The notes beneath the pieces were generated by a model. It was given only the letters and a program-made list of their open reading frames with translations. It had not been told where the DNA came from and searched no databases. A stretch of 64,000 bases of DNA from Amoebidium appalachense (taxonomy: Eukaryota > Protista > Ichthyosporea): assembly GCA_963693365.1 (NCBI GenBank), contig CAVNZM010000008.1, positions 6,210,830 through 6,274,829 of the forward strand. Direction: 5' to 3'. The position numbers and the translations under genes were made by a program. Below, piece after piece: positions 53,820 to 64,000 of the stretch (within the stretch, counting starts at the first letter, position 1; every line of letters begins with the position of its first letter).

Positions 53820-55960
53820 TCTCCAACCCTGTGGGGGTTTCTACTTTTTGCTTTGTTTAAGGTTGGGTTCTTGTTTTCATTTTTAGTGCCCAGGGGAGAG
53901 GGGGGGGGGGGGAGGGACACGGAGGTGAGGGTTCGTGGCAGAAAGATAACGGTGTGCGTGTGTGTGTGCTTATATGTGTGTGTGGGTGTGGGTGTTGTGG
54001 TGGAGGTGGTGGTGGTGGTGCGGGAGGGGGGGGGTTGTTTAACCTAGTGCGAGCATTATCCCTAGCCCCAATGCCTGCACTTCCTTGAAATTTGATGAAC
54101 AAAAGTCAATATCAAAAGAGAGGTGCCGCGCCAACACAAATACTTGGCAGCTCTTGCAACATTGAGCTCTACATCTCAAAATTACGTGCACAATCCCTCG
54201 GAATTGTACAGGTTTGAAAACGCAAATCAGAAAGGCCAGGACTTAGTCTGCACAAAAAAAAGACACAACAGATGCTCACATGCATGAACTGAAGTGTAAG
54301 AAAACAAACAACATTAGGCGGAAGCAGCTGTTCATACGCATACCTTCTGCTTAGTGCCACACACGAGTGCAGCCTTAACCTCGTTTCAGGTATGGATACA
54401 TTTCGACGCTTCCTACAGTCCCCATGTATCCCATGCCTCACTAACAACAAATTGAGATCTCACACATCTGTGCAACAGAAAGTAAGCAAGGTTCTTCGGC
54501 GCGAGTGTGCTACCTTTAGATAGGATTAAACATTACCCTTGAAAAAAGGAGCTCAGTAAAACAGCGGGTTTTTTGCTCACCTGAGCAACCTAAAAACGCC
54601 AGACTACCGTAGTAAGTAAGCTTCGTTTCCGTGTCCCTTTCTGCTATGCAGTATGCAAGATCTTTCAAATCTACCCTCGTTATAGCACAGGAAACTTCTT
54701 AGCATCCATCCAAAACCCATGTTATGTGCTTTCATTCATATACACAAACTTGATTAACGTCATATATAACATATATACACCCCTACACTGTGGACAGGGT
54801 GTGGAGTACATACTGGTGTACATGTTGTAGTGGCACAGGTGGAAACGAAATCAATACATGAATAGATCTGGATGGTATGTCTCCCTACACCACAATATGA
54901 TGGCCCCCATATATGCATGTGGATCAACAGGTGACTCGGACATGCTTGCATTAAATTGTGTCGTGGAATGCTATTAGCATATACTACCAAATTCTAAAGG
55001 TCAAATTGAAGTTGACATTCATAACTACAAAAAGCAATTTGCTGACTCTTGAGGCTTTTGCTCATTTTTATCAGCTGCCAAAAGTAGCATTTCATGATCT
55101 TACACTTGATCTAAATATTCCGAAATTTACGTTAAATTTCGAATTTTATAATTGTAGGAATAAATAAAAAGTTCTTCAGCCTTTCCTAAGAAATTCAGCT
55201 TGGCACAAACTAATACTTCAAACATTTTTTTTAGTTAAAAATTGTGTTTCACATGTTAGTGTGAGCATTTTTAATAGTTGAATTTGTAATTTGCAAGCAA
55301 GCCACTTTGTCGGGATCAGAAAGCTTTAAAACCCCCACGCGTTTGTTATGGTTCGATAGGCGCGACGTGATTGGTCTTTCTTGGAATAAAGTTTAACCCA
55401 CCTACAGTGATTGTAGCAGGGACCCAGTCCCCGGTGCTTCTTTCATCTTTCACAAAGTTATATGTTTTTGTGTGGTGGTTTTTTATTAATTTTGATTGCT
55501 TCCTACTTACCCCTTTAGCATCAAAAGCTAGAAAGGATCCCCTATCGCCATGCGCCACATGTGACAATAATAGCCTCACGCCAGCAAGAGGGACGATAAT
55601 TTGTGGGATTTGCCCACCTCTCGCTGGCAGCTTGCGAGTGGCTAGCCATTCATGCCACCTCCCTATTGGTTGGTAAATGTTTTTGGCGAGGGATGGGCGG
55701 CGGGCCGTGGCAATGGCACCCCAATTCTTGTAGCTCAGTACATACATACTAATAAGTTCAGATAGGGAACCCCGTCGGGGATTCCACCTACAAGCCATTA
55801 ACACCAGTCTTATTTCATTTTTTCAATTTTTTTTTTTTTTTTTTTAAACATATGGAGCGGCGCGGGCACGTCGTCTATTTTCAGCGGGAGGTGGGTGGGA
55901 GGGTGCACGTGGTGATACGTACGTGGTGGTTGTGGCGGCGTAACTTGAGAGAGAGGGGAG

Positions 55961-56103
<143 letters not shown>

Positions 56104-56127
56104 GAGGGAGAGAGCACACACACACAT

Positions 56128-56170
<43 letters not shown>

Positions 56171-56171
56171 G

Positions 56172-56207
<36 letters not shown>

Positions 56208-56762
56208 CGCGCGCGCGTGTGTTTGGCCGGGGGAGGGGGGAGGGGGGACACATGCCGGCAGCAACAATACAGAACAAAAAAAATAAAAAAATAGGAATAT
56301 TAATAATAATAAACAATCAAAAAGGCAGGAATATCTGTATTGATCGTATATTCGACTCGTTTATTGCAATGGCCATGTGATCCACCATTGACAATATCAT
56401 GCACGGCTACAACTACAACATTTTGAAAGACGGCGAGTAGGCCTGAATGATAAAACCATGGCTTTGCAAATTAAATGATAATGAACATTGTTTATGTTTT
56501 GTGCCATCGTATACTATGATATATTGTCGCACCTGAATGAAAAAAGGCCGCCCGAGACATATACATAACTTACTTCCGACTCCTCTGTTTGTTTGTCGTC
56601 AATGAGACAGGTTTTTGATCTCGGACCCAACAAAAAAAACCCCTGTCTGCCAGCGATCATGTGGGAGGTCTCCCCACGATCGCTTTTGCTTCCACTACCT
56701 GAAAAACACACACACACACACACACACCGTCGCGAAACACACACACACACTCACGCACACAC

Positions 56763-56823
<61 letters not shown>

Positions 56824-56939
56824 GCCATGCTACTGTTGTTACTACTGATCCCTAGCTACCAGCTGCTTATAGCAACAAACCAAACACATCCATCAGGTTG
56901 AAAAGCGGTGGAACTACTCTGAATGTTCCAGGCCATTCT

Positions 56940-63974
<7,035 letters not shown>

Positions 63975-64000
63975 CTGGAAAGGGGAAGGGGAGGGGGGGG

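Overview
Intron-rich eukaryotic genomic DNA, probably from a unicellular opisthokont (inferred from gene content only). Introns are packed with C/G homopolymers and (CA)/(TG)/(GA) microsatellites, so nearly all ORFs in the supplied track are low-complexity artefacts. Manual GT-AG, phase-consistent splicing gives: the 3' end of a poly(A)-tailed LINE (1-1156); a Hip/ST13 co-chaperone ending in an unusual Cys-rich tail instead of GGMP/STI1 (+); an orphan spliced gene (-); SMYD4 (-, 17 exons) head-to-head with an organellar-type tilS (+, 11 exons); a predicted type-I membrane protein joining a bacterial-type PI-PLC domain to two TSP1 repeats, a TM helix and a PPxY tail (-, 16 exons); and the 3' part of a multi-lectin gene (-). 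The strongest non-genic signals are: (i) a 4-copy, 5'-truncated retroelement family whose shared 3' end always abuts a C-tract; (ii) many 3' splice sites with (CA)n, or even A27, in place of a polypyrimidine tract; (iii) decaying tandem 'echoes' of splice junctions inside introns; and (iv) transcription-strand C/CA skew. All exon calls are by eye, without RNA data or database searches.
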